A DNA stretch of 63,942 nucleotides, filler included, from Lenisia limosa (lineage: Eukaryota; Protista; Breviatea): assembly GCA_001655205.1 (NCBI GenBank). It is 7 parts of 7 records of this genome, joined end to end, with 100 filler letters (N's around TTAATTAATTAA, not from the genome) between each part and the next. Parts side by side here need not be neighbours in the genome. Positions count along the whole stretch, not along the records: positions 18,165 to 25,551 come from LPNZ01005811.1; positions 25,652 to 50,351 come from LPNZ01003968.1; 5 more parts are not named here. One strand, written 5' to 3'. Positions 24,591-38,500 of this stretch are shown piece by piece (the stretch's first letter is position 1; each line of letters starts with the position of its first letter). The position numbers and the translations under genes are program-made. The notes under the pieces were generated by a model, which searched no databases, was not told where the DNA came from, and worked only from the letters and a program-made list of their open reading frames with translations.

Positions 24591-25503
24591 TGGTGACGGT
24601 AGTCACCGAAGAGTACAACGCCAAATTTTGAAGACACTATTAAGGGATCAGTATTTATCGATATACCTTTATATATGATGTTGTGCCAGAATTCAAGTAT
24701 CAAAACCAACATATCATATGATACTATCATGTAGTATATAATTTGGTAAATATGTCAAAAAAGGTAACCCAAACTGAACCAACCATGACGCGGAAAAGCA
24801 CACAGATGCATCGAGAAACCTGGATACATTTTGAAAGATCACGAAGAAGAAATCTAAGATATTAAATAACAAACGTGATTGATGAAGAGATATATGATAT
24901 GTTTTATCCTCCTACGATTCCATGCCCGTGTGCCAAAACCCCGTTGTTTTTGTGATATTCCGTCACTTTTGATAAACGGCGTCATAAGACTTCAAGAATC
25001 CAATATTTTACTATTCTAACCAGCAGAAAGTAAAAATTAGTAAAATTAAAAAAATTATTTTTTAAAATTATTCGGAAGTTTCGGAAGTTCAGTTCACCCC
25101 CTTTTCACGAGTTTTTTTTTATTTTGACCCCCTCTTTTTAAGCTACCCAAGTTGAATATTTTATAACACAGAATCAAGAAGAAGACATCCAAATCAGTTG
25201 TTTGCCACCTTTTTTTGAATATCAAATGACATCTAGGTCCTCGGATATATGCTGCCGCACATAAATTGTGACGGTTATAATTAATTGTGATGGTTATGAA
25301 ATAGGCCTGTTTTCGTGGGTACTGGGCCATAACTTGGCTTAATATGAATTTTATCCTAATAAACAGCAAATTACACATTAATTTTCAAAAGTTATTTTTT
25401 TAAAAAAATTCACGGATTTTTGAACTGAACTGAACTTAACTCTATTTGTCTTTTTAAGTAGCTTCCCTTTGCTTGGACTTCCTCTTTGTACCCCAAAAGT
25501 CTT

Positions 25504-25551
25504 GGGAGGTCTGGCCTAGTGGCTATACGCACGACTTGAACGGCAGAAAGG
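25504..25551 (+). tRNA. tRNA-like 5' half (A-box, possible TGA anticodon loop), truncated by scaffold end; tRNA pseudogene or SINE head
   Basis: gggaggtctggcctagtggctatacgcacgacttgaa contains a TGGCCTAGTGG A-box-like sequence. No T-arm is visible. Confidence 0.25.
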
Positions 25552-25799
25552 NNNNNNNNNNNNNNNNNNNNNNNNNNNNNNNNNNNNNNNNNNNNTTAAT
25601 TAATTAANNNNNNNNNNNNNNNNNNNNNNNNNNNNNNNNNNNNNNNNNNNNTTTCTATAGCCCTTCTCACAGCTGCTTTCTCAGGTAGACAACGCCCATT
25701 TGAATTGGGAGACAGGTAGGCTATGGTTTGCTCAGGTGGTAGTATCATTGGGTCTTTTGTCTTTTTTTGGATATACATTTACCAATCAGAGCATCACTT

Positions 25800-26460
25800 C
25801 ATAAGATGTCTTCCCCCATTCTGTTAGAAGAGGAGAATGGGGTTGTGCAAGCTGAAATGAGGAAAAGACGAGAAGACGAGCTTCAAGGGCTGATAAGCTC
25901 GTTAGAAAGTTTGATGTCAAAACTCAAAAAATGAAAAATCATTCCTATGGTTACCTTCTTAGATGATATCACGCATCGGTTGCGTAACCAGTTGGAGATG
26001 AAGGCAAGAATAGGAGAGTTGCATCAAGGTGAGCCACAAATTCTATTGTTTTGTCTTTTGTTGCTCTGCTTATCAAACCAGCTTGTTTGGCCCTGTACTT
26101 TCTTCTCTCGTTTCTTTTTAATAAGACATTACTGTCTGTGTACTTTGCACCATTCTTAAAAACAACGTAAGATCATTTGATGTCACTCACCAATATGCCC
26201 CATGTCGAATATGAAATCACTTGTTGAGCAGAGAGGGAACAACTTTTTGAGAAGCTACAAGATGTTGAGCAGATTTGCAAACAAGAAGAGCCGACAATTT
26301 TTACCCAGTTTGCTGGCTAGTTATTTTTTTTCGTGTCATTTGACTTTTGGTATCATAAAACTACTTTTTTTTTTTTTTTTTTTTNNNNNNNNNNNNNNNN
26401 NNNNNNNNNNNNNNNNNNNNNNNNNNNNNNNNNNNNNTCCGAATAATATCTGAACCTCAT
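25800..26460 (+). CDS. Fragment of a coiled-coil protein (weak EB1 C-terminal-like helix)
   Basis: Exons EMRKRREDELQGLISSLESLMSKLK, DDITHRLRNQLEMKARIGELHQ and REQLFEKLQDVEQICKQEE; splice boundaries only partly resolved. Confidence 0.35.
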
Positions 26461-27034
26461 CCAAGGTGAGTTTTCAATTAATATCATTTTAACATTTTCA
26501 GTTTTGAACCAATGACCTCATCGTAAACCTTATTTATTGTAATTATTGAAGATGTACTTTGATTGTATTCTTATTCACACCCCCTAAAAACTTGATACAA
26601 TATCATTTTTAGGTGACCAATAAGTATAAATCCCGATTTGTGAAAAAGAAATTTTGTATTTCAGTAATAGCATTATATCCCCAAAAATTTATGTCTAAAA
26701 CGTCATCACATTTCATTATTGATTGCATTACAACCAAAGGTGGAGATTGGATGTAAAAGTTCTTTTTGGGGACTAAATTTACAATTGGTGGTATTCATAG
26801 AAATACTAACTTAAATAAGAACGGCTCAGGCAAAGTGTGAGTTGAAGAGTGATAAATTGAAATAACGTGGATTATTATCTGTTAGTCTTTAAGATATGAT
26901 ATATATATATGATATATATAGATATACATGTACGATTCAATGATATTTTATCTACAATTCACCCCCATATTGAGATACGACACATAATACATCCGGAAAA
27001 AGGTGTACATTCACCAAACTAAAACCCCCCATTA

Positions 27035-30000
27035 TTAGACCTGCTCATTGTTCACTGTTACCTCCTCTGCTTCTGGGTTGTCAAAATCAACCTAAAGAGG
27101 TGAGTGACAGAAATAAGTCTTGATATCTCCATCTCACATACTTCAGTGTCATCAACCGTTTCTCCACCTAAAAACGAGGCGGGGAGGCGAATATACCTGA
27201 ATTCATCAGTGGCTACTTTTGTGTTACCTTGTGACTTGTCTTCTCCTTGTCGCGATGACTCCGCAAGTTAAGAGCAAAATGACAGCCTTAGACAATTAGA
27301 GATGACTTCCTCATTTTAACCTAACATAAGAACACACATATGATAGCATTAACTACAACAAGTGATAAGTTCAAGTCTAGAAGGCTTGCTGGTTTACTTG
27401 AATGTAATAACCATTGAAGCTGCCCCATCATACGACAACAATGAAGATGCTGATTACTGCCAGCGACTTCCACCACCTGATCGGGCTAGGGTAGAATGAC
27501 ATGACAACCACTCGTCGGTTGTCAGTGTCAGCAACGAGCACGCGCCCTTTCGCGTCCACACTCATTCCTCTTGGATTGTTGAACTAATGTATCAGTATAT
27601 ATATTATCAATGGACAGTTGTTAGTTCAATCCTGATTGACGAGGGTTGAAACGAGCCTGCCCACCCCTTGAGTGCCATCAGCAACAGTTCCTCCAAGAGT
27701 TGCTGTACGCTTTAGGGACGAAAGCGAAATACTGGTCACAAAGTGCCCATATCTGAAGAAGGATGAACACAGTGTCGAACTGAGGCGGATATGAAGCACT
27801 AAAAAGCATATCGAAAATTCATATTATTTTCAAGATACCTGTCAGCAGCAAAGAGGTCCTTCTTATGTGTGCTGATACCGTATGGCCTGAAGAGATAAAA
27901 AAAAGGGGTTTATGAAATAAAAACCCAAATTAACTCTGTTATCTTGGCTTTGAAAAGGTCTCACCCCTTTTAGGAATATATTATATTCGTGTATGCATCA
28001 TATATACAGAGCTATGATATATTATAAATGATATTATAATTACTCTATCAAATAGTATGAAAACTCACTCATAAACCAGATCTTATTATGATCATTGTAA
28101 TTAAAATACAACCACACCACTTAAAAAACCCCGACTAACGCTCTGAAATGTCCTGCGTCCGTCCCTTGTGACCCACATTCCCCTATTGGATCCTCTGCCT
28201 CGTATCTGCGTGGTGAATGGTGAAAAGTGTTGTAGTGTCTGAAAAAGACCCTCACTCACTCTGAGTTAAATACAAAAATACACGAGGCCGCCGCATCACT
28301 AACGTATAGTTTTCCGTCGTCATCGTAGGCAACATAGAATGGCGATTCAAACTGGGGGAGATTGGTCAATACAAACACAACAGCGGGATTATGAAGACAT
28401 TCATTGGGCCATAGCACCACCCACATTAATACTCCCAGATGATTCAAGTGTCTTTTTGACTTCATTGTGTTTGCTACCCATAATCTACAACAATAAGCCA
28501 GATGAATATAGCAGCATATCAGTTGAAGAGAAAACAGGAAAACAGTTACTTATCTGCTCATCATTACACCACCACCACCTACTAAAACTCTGGTGTTGCC
28601 CGAGTCTGAAATAGCCAGGTCACCTAAACATCAGCCAATTTGCTATTTACGAGGATTTTTTAAGTGTACATTATTCCCAAACAAACCATTGGTTGGGGAA
28701 ATAGCCATACCACGAGGCTGGGTGAGTCCGGGATTGGAACCTTTAAAAATAAATTATTGTGTATTATGTATGAGTATGACGAGAAAAGGTGGTTGTTATT
28801 CAAGGCACCGTTCAAACAATATACTAATAGCACTATTGATAGCTATAAATATTTTGAGATGAGAGAGAAATAAAGGTTATATAGAGCGAGAAAAAGTTCA
28901 TAACTAATTAATAATAGCTATCTAAATCACTACTAGTTTCGATATCACATGAAATGATATGATAAGCAAATAATATATGATATATGAATAGCACATTTGT
29001 TTTATTCTTATTTTTGCCCTTTTTGATAAAAAAATATAATCAAATAACAATACTTGAACGGGACCATCCTATTAAAGTCTATTAATAGTTATTATTTTCT
29101 ACTAGTAGCTATTGATGGCAACAATTAACAGTTCTATTATTATATGATAAAAGTAATAGTTGACCGGAAATTGGTCTCTGAGAAAATCTCGGGAAAATCA
29201 GTCTAATACTGCTATTTTTGAAACCAAAGGAAGTCTTCAATTAATATGGAATTATGATATGAAATGTACAAAGTTAAGTAGTAACAAGAGGGATGCAATG
29301 CAATTCGACTAACTTTTTGACGCAATTGTTCTGAGGAAGATATACGGTTCAACCGCTGAAAATGCCTAAATATTAAACAGAGAGGTCTCAAGAAATCATC
29401 AGCACCCTCAAGCCACACCTGAACACGACTATTTCCAAGATCAGATATTAGAATTTCATTCTTTTCCTCATCGTAGGCCGCACCATACGGGGTGTCAAAA
29501 TGGTACTCATCAGAACCCGGAACCTGGGAGGGGGAGAAAAATTAACATCGGAAGCAATGTTTAGAATACTGACATAACATTTAAGACACACAAGGCTGTC
29601 AAAGGAAAGTAAATAAAGCCTAATCCAAGCTTGGCATCAAAAAAAGTAATTTGGCGGTATATGTAGAGATGAGAAATAAAAATAGGTAGTATCTGGCTGA
29701 AGCCGTCCACACCATCAAGTAAAATGTTACTATTCTTAATACATACAAGATTACCCGTTCATAAGGGGGGATAGACATCTAATCAGGATTAAGATGACAT
29801 GGACAATTTTATACCACGACATATAACACACATTGTACTTAGGTATTGTAGTATATATGATATGATAGCTTACCCCAGTTTCACCAATGGAATTGACATA
29901 TCTACCATTTGTGTCAAAGATCTGAAGTCATTACCAATTAAACTGCATTTCATTTACGAAAGAAAAAAGTTGATATTATGTAAGGTTGTAGAACTGTAAA

Positions 30001-31899
30001 ATATTGATCTCTATCGAAGATACGGTTTTATTGGTTGCTGAAATGAAGCCCTACCTGTACTCGCTGTTCCTCCGCGTCAGGAACAAAAATACTATTGTCA
30101 GGTCCTGAAATGACATCTCGGGGTGAGGTCAGGGTGTACTCACTTGGGGTCATCTGATAACGTTAACTGTCAACAAAAAGAGCCAAAAGCCACTCGAAAA
30201 TAAATCATGCACATACTTTTTCGGAAGACATATTAGTGATGACGTCACCATCTTGGTTGAAAATAGTGATTCGCATGTTGTAGCGATCAGCTACTGCCAT
30301 ATGGTAAGCATCATCACCACCAGGTACAAAGGTATCAATGGAGTAAGGTCCTTTGAACATTCCTTCCGCCTTTCCACTCTGGCCTGTTTTGCCGATTTGT
30401 GCAGTGAATGTATCTGAAATGGTGTTGGTATGAAAGTACGACTTACAGTTTGAGTTGAGAATGAGTACTCTTTCGTTTCCGGTGTCTGCAATAAGAAAAT
30501 CTCCGTTTGGCGCCACAGCAACGCCACGAGGCTGTGTGAGACAAGTGTGGCATGTTCCTGGGGTACCCGTACTGGAGTATGAGGTAATCAAAGTGCCTAC
30601 CCGATGGTTTTGATGACCTTGTAGTTGGCATCAAGAATCAGGACTCGGTGGTTGTTCTTTGACAATAGTGAAAATAATCAAAAAATGAGATCCATTAAAT
30701 AAGTGAGGCTGGAGCCGTCTCAACACAGAGCAAAACATGAAGCATTGATTCGATTAAAATATCACGCTGAAACCCACAGTGTCAGCAATAAGCAACTCTT
30801 TCGATGAAGAGACAGCAACGGACAATGGCTTATTGAGCTCCAAATTGGTCAAGCTTCGAATCAGCGAAACTATTCAATTAGATACTCTCAATATCACATA
30901 ATGCTATGTAGAAACGAGATAATAAACATGGTATACCATCTTATATATTGAAAGCGATGAAACAAGCTAGTATCCGGCCGAAGCCACCATCATACTTATA
31001 AGAGATAAATGATTATTGAAATATATGTAGATAAACTACTTCATCAGAAATTAAGCAAATTCTTTGATATTTCGAAGCACAAAAAAAAAAAGGTCCCCCT
31101 TTACATTCACTAAAATCGAAAACCTGGATTCGGTTATTGCCCTTATCAACAACAAATATGGCATTGCGCTCAGGGCAGTACGCTACATCACGGGGGTACT
31201 TGAATTGATCATCACCGTCACCATAGCTTCCACCAAGAGTGGCCTGTGCCATCAGTGAAAGGAATGTGCTAATACCCAATCATAGAAGTTCTGATATTTG
31301 AGGTTCATGAGCTTACAATATAGCTGCCATCTTGCTTGAGGATAATTACTCGAGCGTTCAAGGTATCAGCCACTATCAGAGCGGCGATAGAGTCTGGCCA
31401 TTAAATCATCAAATGCATCATACCAGAGTTCTTTTGATAGGCAACAGTCAGAGAATATGGTCCGTTGAACTGGTCTTTTCCAGTTCCAGAGACATCAGTT
31501 GTTCCAATAGTTGAGGAAAATGACCCATCTAATGGTGATAAAAAGATCAGAATGAATAGGAAAATCATTGGCCACACTCACCTTTTTGAAATACTTGGAT
31601 TCTGTCGTGGGTCTTGAGAGTCAGTTGAAGGACGAGAAAAATATTCAACAATTTAAACTCACCGTATCAGCAACATATATCTGCCCTTCTTTGGAAACAG
31701 CAACGCCATGAGGTTCATCAAACTTGCCAGTGGCTCTCTTGTCACTGATATCGAAGAGAAACGTGAATTCATTACCAAGACTAAGAGGTGAGAGATTCAC
31801 TGCACTAATAAAGAATCGGTCACGCAATTAATGCATTAGTGTCAAAACAAACCATGCGGAAGCGTAGAGAAGAACAAGAAGAACAGAGATGAAAGTCAT
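27035..31899 (-). CDS. NHL-repeat type I membrane protein
   Basis: Signal peptide MTFISVLLVLLYASA. NHL repeats FDEPHGVAVSKEGQIYVADT, FKYPRDVAYCP..IFVVDKGNNRIQVF, LTQPRGVAVAPNGDFLIADTGNERV, FKGPYSID..MAVADRYNMRI and FNNPRGMSVDAKGRVLVADTDNRRV. TM helix LAVISIFIVV/AVILLLTCGV followed by RRR. Confidence 0.88.
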
Positions 31900-32236
31900 T
31901 TCCTGTAGAAGTAGGTATAGAGGAAATTGTCCAATGTAAAACAGTATAAATTAATATTTTGCCATAACCAAGTACTCAATACTGCAGGGAGGTGATTATT
32001 CAGAGTAATATGCAATGTAACCTTTTCTAACTTGTTAAAATGTTTTCGCTTTTTGTACAAACAACTTAATTATATAATCATTAATATTTGAAAGTCGTCT
32101 GAAAGTTTTTTGAAAAAAAAAAGAAATTTTGACGGTGATTATTAATCAAATTGGATGACCTATGAGTATTTAAATTTTTTTGAATGTTTTTAAATAATCC
32201 TTTTACAGAAAGGGATTTTTCACTTCTAAGTTCAAT

Positions 32237-35215
32237 ATGAGCGAAACTTTCGAATTCCAGGCTGAGATCAACCAGTTGATGAGTCTCATCATCAACACTT
32301 TCTACTCAAACAAGGAGATTTTCCTTCGTGAAATGATCTCCAACAGTTCTGATGCTATTGACAAGATCCGCCACCTTTCCCTCACCGAGAAGTCTGTCCT
32401 TGACTCTGAGAATGAGCTCCGCATTCGCCTCGTCCTCGATAAGGAGAACAAGATGGTTTCTATCATCGATACCGGTATTGGTATGACCAAGTCTGACCTT
32501 GTCAACAACCTTGGCACCATTGCCAAGTCTGGTACCAAGCAGTTCATGGAAGCCCTTGAGACTGGTACTGATGTTTCTATGATTGGTCAATTCGGTGTTG
32601 GTTTCTACTCTGCCTTCCTTGTCGGTGACTCAGTCCGCGTGACCACCAAGCACAATGACGACGAGCAGTACATCTGGGAGTCTTCTGCCGGTGGTTCTTT
32701 CACTATCACTAAGGACGAAGGCGAGTCTATCGGCCGTGGTACCGTAGGAGGGGTTGTAAGTCAGTTTTCCTTGAGCTCTTTTCCTGGGAATGCTCTAATT
32801 GCTTTCTAGCGCATCGATATTGCCCTCAAGGAGGACCAACTTGAGTACCTCGAGGAGAAGCGCATCAAGGACCTCGTCAAGTATGTGTTTTGTAATTTAT
32901 TCGTTGAATTCTTCAAAATTCTAACCAGCTCTTATCCACTTAGGAAGCACTCCGAGTTCATCAACTACCCTATCTACCTCATGGAGACCAAGGAGGAGAC
33001 CGTTGATGCTTCAGGCTCTGACTCTGATGATGAAGAGAAGGATGAGGAGGAGACCCCCAAGATCGAAGAGGTTGACGATGATGAGGAGAAGGAGAAGAAG
33101 ACCAAGGTGAATTTTGAAAAGAATATCCTTTTCTCTTGCTAACTCGTCGACCTCTTACTTTTTAGACTGTCACCAAGACTGAGTGGTCTCAACTCAACAC
33201 CAACAAGCCTCTCTGGACTCGTCGCCCTGAGGATGTCACTGCTGAGGGTATGTTTCATGATCTGTCAACCATTTCCTGTAACATTTGTAGAGTATGGCTC
33301 TTTCTACAAGGCCTTCACCAACGACTGGGAAGAGCACCTTGCTGTCAAGCACTTCCAGGCTGAGGGTAACCTTGAGTTCTCTGCTCTCCTCTTCATCCCC
33401 CGCCGTGCTCCCTTCGACCTCTTCGAACCCCGCAAGAAGGCCAACAACATCAAGCTCTACGTCCGCCGTGTCTTCATCATGGAGAACTGCGAGGACCTCA
33501 TTCCCGAGTGGCTCAACTTCGTCAAGGTTTGTGGACTCATCGATGTCAAAATTCTCTGGCTCCCTTTTGAACATTATTTGACCTCTCTAGGGTGTTGTCG
33601 ACTCTGAGGATCTTCCCCTCAACATTTCTCGCGAAATGCTCCAACAGAACAAGATCATGAAGGTCATTCGCAAATCTCTCGTCAAGCGTGCCCTCGAGGT
33701 ATGTGCTACCCTTTTCATATCATGGATGCCATTACTTCTTCCCTAATACTCACATCACAGCTCTTTGCTGAGATCGCTGAGAACAAGGAGGACTTCGACA
33801 AGTTCTATGAGGCTTTCGGCAAGAACATCAAGCTCGGTTTGTGATTGCCTAAAGCATTTATGACTCTCCCTCTTGTATTTACTCTCGAATTATTTTTTTC
33901 GGAATTAACCCCCAGGTATCCACGAGGACGCCACTAACAGAGAGAAGCTCTCCAAGTTCCTCCGCTACAACTCCACTAAGTGCCAGGTTCGCACAAGCTC
34001 AAATACCTATGGTTTTATTATTATTATTATTATTTTATCAACGAGTGTAACATACTAGGACGAGATGACCTCCATCGACGACTACATCAGCCGCATGAAG
34101 GAGGACCAGAAGGAGATCTACTTCATTACCGGTGACTCCAAGACCGCCGTCGAGAACGCCCCCTTCCTTGAGTGAGCCCTCTTCCAACCCTCTTCAACGT
34201 TCTCTTTTCTTAAGGCATCACTGACTTTCTAGGTCTCTCAAGAAGAAGGACTACGAAATCCTTTACCTTATCGACCCCATTGATGAGTACTGTGTCCAGC
34301 AGCTCAAGGAGATTGACGGCAAGAAGCTCGTCAACATCACCAAGGAGGGTCTCGAGATGACCGCCTCCGATGAGGAGAAGAAGAAGCATGAGGACGACAA
34401 GGCCTCTTATGAGGTATGTATGGCCACTTTTTTTTTTGTCCACGAATTGGTGTGACATTTTAGGGTCTTTGCACCTTCATCAAGGACTGCCTCGGCGACA
34501 AGGTTGAGAAGGTCATTGTCTCAGACCGTCTCGTCACCTCCCCCTGTGTTCTTGTCACCGCCCAACACGGTGGGTGCATTTCATAATCTTAGGAAGTATT
34601 GCTGCTTGTCACGCTTTTCTCACACACCAGGCTGGTCCGCTAACATGGAGCGTCTCATGAAGGCCCAGGCCCTCCGTGACTCCAGCATGTCCTCTTACAT
34701 GATCTCCAAGAAGACTATGGAAATTAACCCCAACCACTCCATCGTCCATGAGGTTTGCAGAGTGGTTGCGCTTAAATCTTGCTTTTTTCATTTTGCTTTT
34801 TGCCAACCTTTTCAGCTCAAGAAGCGCTTCGAAGCCGATGCCGAGGACCGCACCGTCAAAGACCTCGTCATGCTTCTCTTCGATACCTCTCTCCCCGCTT
34901 CAGGTTTGCATCTCAGCCTTTTTCTAATCCTTTAATAAATTTCCATTTGTAATCATTCTTCTTACACTTAAAGGTTTCTCTCTCCCCAACCCTGTTGAGT
35001 TCTCCCAGCGCATCTACCGCATGATCAAGCTCGGTCTTGTATGAGGGCCATCATATAATTATCCTTTGCCCGTTCTTTCTGTCCACTCTCTGATGAAGTG
35101 ATAATTCTGACCCGTGTAGAGCATTGAGGCTGATGATGAGGCCGAAGCCGAGGTTGAGGCTTCCGTTGAGGAGGTTGAGGCTGATGACGATGACACCATG
35201 GAGGACGTCGACTAA
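32237..35215 (+). CDS. HSP90: Cytosolic HSP90, 14 GT-AG introns
   Basis: [68 protein letters not shown] and C-terminal MEDVD followed by TAA; strong bias toward C-ending codons. Confidence 0.99.
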
Positions 35216-35567
35216 GTCCGTTTTTTAGTTAATTTTAGGTGATTCATCTTTTTCTGTAATTCAGAGTTAAACAGATCATAATCCAGTAATCGGTCAGTAG
35301 TCTAGTTTCCGGAAGCACTGGCTGACTCATGCAAGACCTGGAGTTGGTACCTAGGAAACGAATCGAAAAAGATCCAGGTGATCTGTGCCCCCAGATCCCC
35401 AATTTAATTTTTTCATTTTCTGAAAATCTCAAAAACAAAATTAAACACAAAAACAATCCTGTTGTATTTAGTAGACCAGTAGGCGTGAAGTAGGCCGATC
35501 ACAAACAGCAAAAGGAATAAAGAGCGAGTAACATGATATGACAGATTTGAGAAGTTAAGCCTACACC

Positions 35568-38500
35568 ATGAGCCTTCGACAGTCCATTAGCATACAGGAC
35601 TTTAGAAATTGTCTTTTAGAATTGGAGAACCTTCTAGTCTGCCCTATTTGGTAAAGTTTCTCCATCTTCTATCGTTTCCTTACCACCTCAGCCAAGATAT
35701 CCTAGATGATGCCTCTACTCTCCAATGTAACCACCAATTTTGCTTGTTAGCTGCTGGGATAGAGAGGAAATGATGGTAGAAGATTTGTCCTATGTTACTC
35801 CATCGCTTCCTCAAAATCTTCTCCTAATATGGCAGTGACTGTGGTCGACACGCGCTTTCTCTCAAGTCCCAATGCCCCATTTGCCGCGCCCCTTGTATTC
35901 GCAGGTCATTGAAACGGAATCCCTTCATCAATGACTTTGTCACAGCCTACAAGAAGGTGGGGATGGTTTCACCATTGTTTTCCAAAACACAAGCAAATCC
36001 ACTGAAATATTACTATTAGCTTGAAGTCAAGCTAGCCGACCTTGTGAAAGGCGTTGCAGTCCCTTTATCGCAAGCAGTCCGCCAGTCACAAGGTGAGTGT
36101 TTCAACTTTATCCACACATCTCACAATTTCAGTACATTATATGGATGACAGTCAGCATGCTTCTCCTGGTTGGCTTTAGTTTCCATTCATGCCATCATTT
36201 TTATTGAGCATTTTTATTGAGCATACACCCCTTCCTTAACATAATGTTAATATAAAATTTAGCGTACCCACCTCTTCCCCCACCTCCATCACAGCCCCTC
36301 TCTTTCCCCAAAGTCGACAAGTCCCTCCTTGACTGCCTTCCACCGTCCCCCAAGAACAAGAAACCAAAGCAAATTGCCCACCCCATGGTGCCTCCACCCC
36401 TGCCAGCAAGGCCAAAACGAGAAACTGAGCCCGATAAGAGGACGAGAGAAGTAGAGGTAGTGGCGCACGAGGATGTTCCGAAGCTGCCAGCTGAAGAGTC
36501 AAGCCTTTTGGTTGAACTTGCTAATGAGACAGGTTGGAGAGAGGGGGGGGGGGGGNNNNNNNNNNNNNNNNNNNNNNNNNNNNNNNNNNNNNNNNNNNNN
36601 NNNNNNNNNNNCCGACTCAGTCCAATTGAAAAGGAAGGAAGCAAACACTCCGAAGAGCTCAACCAAGAAGCAAACCCCAAAGTCCAAGACAAAAACGAAA
36701 ACTGCAGAACCTAAAACACCCATCCAGGTAAAAAAAAAAAAAAAAAAANNNNNNNNNNNNNNNNNNNNNNNNNNNNNNNNNNNNNNNNNNNNNNNNNNNN
36801 NNNNNNNNNNNNNNNNNNNTCTTTTTCATATGGAGACCTCTTTTATCATACTTTAGGAGTTGAAGATTCCCGAGGCTATCACTCCAGGCCTCCCTAAAGC
36901 CATTAGAAAGGCCCTTGTACGAGATGACCAAGAGACTTCAGTTCAACGAAAATTGCGACACCATCTGAGAACAGAACTTCGGACCAAACTGAGAGTTGAA
37001 ATGGAGCAGCAAAGCAACACCGGGTAAGTGGGGTTGTGTGTGTTTGTGTTTGAGTGTTTGCCATTCTTTTCTCATTATCCTCAGACGGCGATGCAGTGTA
37101 CGGAGGCAGAACATGGACTACATCAAGAAGCAAAAAGACCTTGGTCTTGACAGTGGATCTGATAGCGAAGTCAGCCAGGTCTATAGTCAAGGTAACTCGT
37201 CATGGATTTGAATAATTGCCCAGTGTTGACAGGAATAGAACCAGATCCTCAAAACGAGATCACATCAGAAGAGTTTGAGGGGTTAGAATCATATTGTATT
37301 ATTAAATACAAATTTATGTCGAACAACAAGATAGCAATGCATTTGATGGATTATTCAAGTGCTTCTCTAACCCCGTTAGAATAGTTGAACGCAACGCCTC
37401 ACAGGACTCTAAGGATGCTTCCTTTAGTGAACATACTGGACAGGATGATATTGTTAATGAACATCCTGAAGAGGATGATATTTCTAACGGTGAACTTGTT
37501 CCCAATCTCAAGCCACTTGAAGAATCAAATGAAAATTTTGACAACCTACTCATGGAAGAATCTCTTTATCCAAATGCTGATCTTGTTGATCTCAAAGTGA
37601 AGCTGAACAGTTAGTCAGAAGCTATTGCTCTTATACCCTAGAGTCTCAAAGTGACTTATTTTCATCACAGTTGTCACAGCCTCTTTTCGATACTGAAATG
37701 AACACTTCTGATGGTTAGAAACGGGCTGGTTTTGACGTTCCAGATGAAATGAACAAAGATGAGGAAACGCTCTTGTCACCTTCAGTTTTGGAAGGCAATG
37801 AGATGGTAGGGAATTATTATATGATATGATATGATATTACCAGTATGTTCATGAGTTTTATTGAGTTAAGGTTGACTCGGGCGAGCCTGATGACAGTCCT
37901 GATGTTTTGGATGAAATTGCCCGCATTTTGAGTCAGGTTCAAGACCGCGAACCAAACACACAGGTACGGGGGTAAAACTGCAGAGTAAGGAAATAGTTGA
38001 GCTTTGGCCAACTGTCCTCTTTTAAACATTTGACACATCCAGGAGCAAGCATTCCTAATGGCTCACGCCGATGTTCTTAGTGCAACCAAGTCACGCATTC
38101 ATATGATTGATGAGCTACTTGGCGAAGGTTGGTAGTAGGTTCAATTGCCATAAGTAGTCTTATATTCGCAGAAACAGCTTTCACGCAGCATACATTGAGT
38201 CAAAATTCTTTTGATCCCCCGAAAGGTTTGTGGTATCATTAGGACACTGCTGACATATCAGGGCTGAATTCCCAAACGCCTATTAAGCAACCTCCTGTTC
38301 AAACCAAAGCTGATGGGGATGAGGCCAAGACAGAAAATGGTAATTTTTTTAGCTTTCAGAGACACTAATCAAATAGTTTTCTTATTTAATGTTTAGTAGC
38401 CCCGGGTATCCCATTGCCATCAAAAGCGGCCTTCAACCCTGATGCCCATGTGACTGTCCCCTCAGTATGGGGACATTATTATAATCTATGACATCACATA

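Noticed and set aside
25086-25437. agttcagttca / tgaactgaact inverted pair as MITE ends
   Set aside because: The match is only 11 bp of simple repeat, with no clear TSD.
27420-27440. In-frame TGA within the NHL protein TM segment
   Set aside because: It lies in a gtatga donor; splicing to ctaag restores a continuous TM helix.
32302-34806. Minus-strand ORFs over HSP90
   Set aside because: They are antisense shadows caused by strong codon bias.
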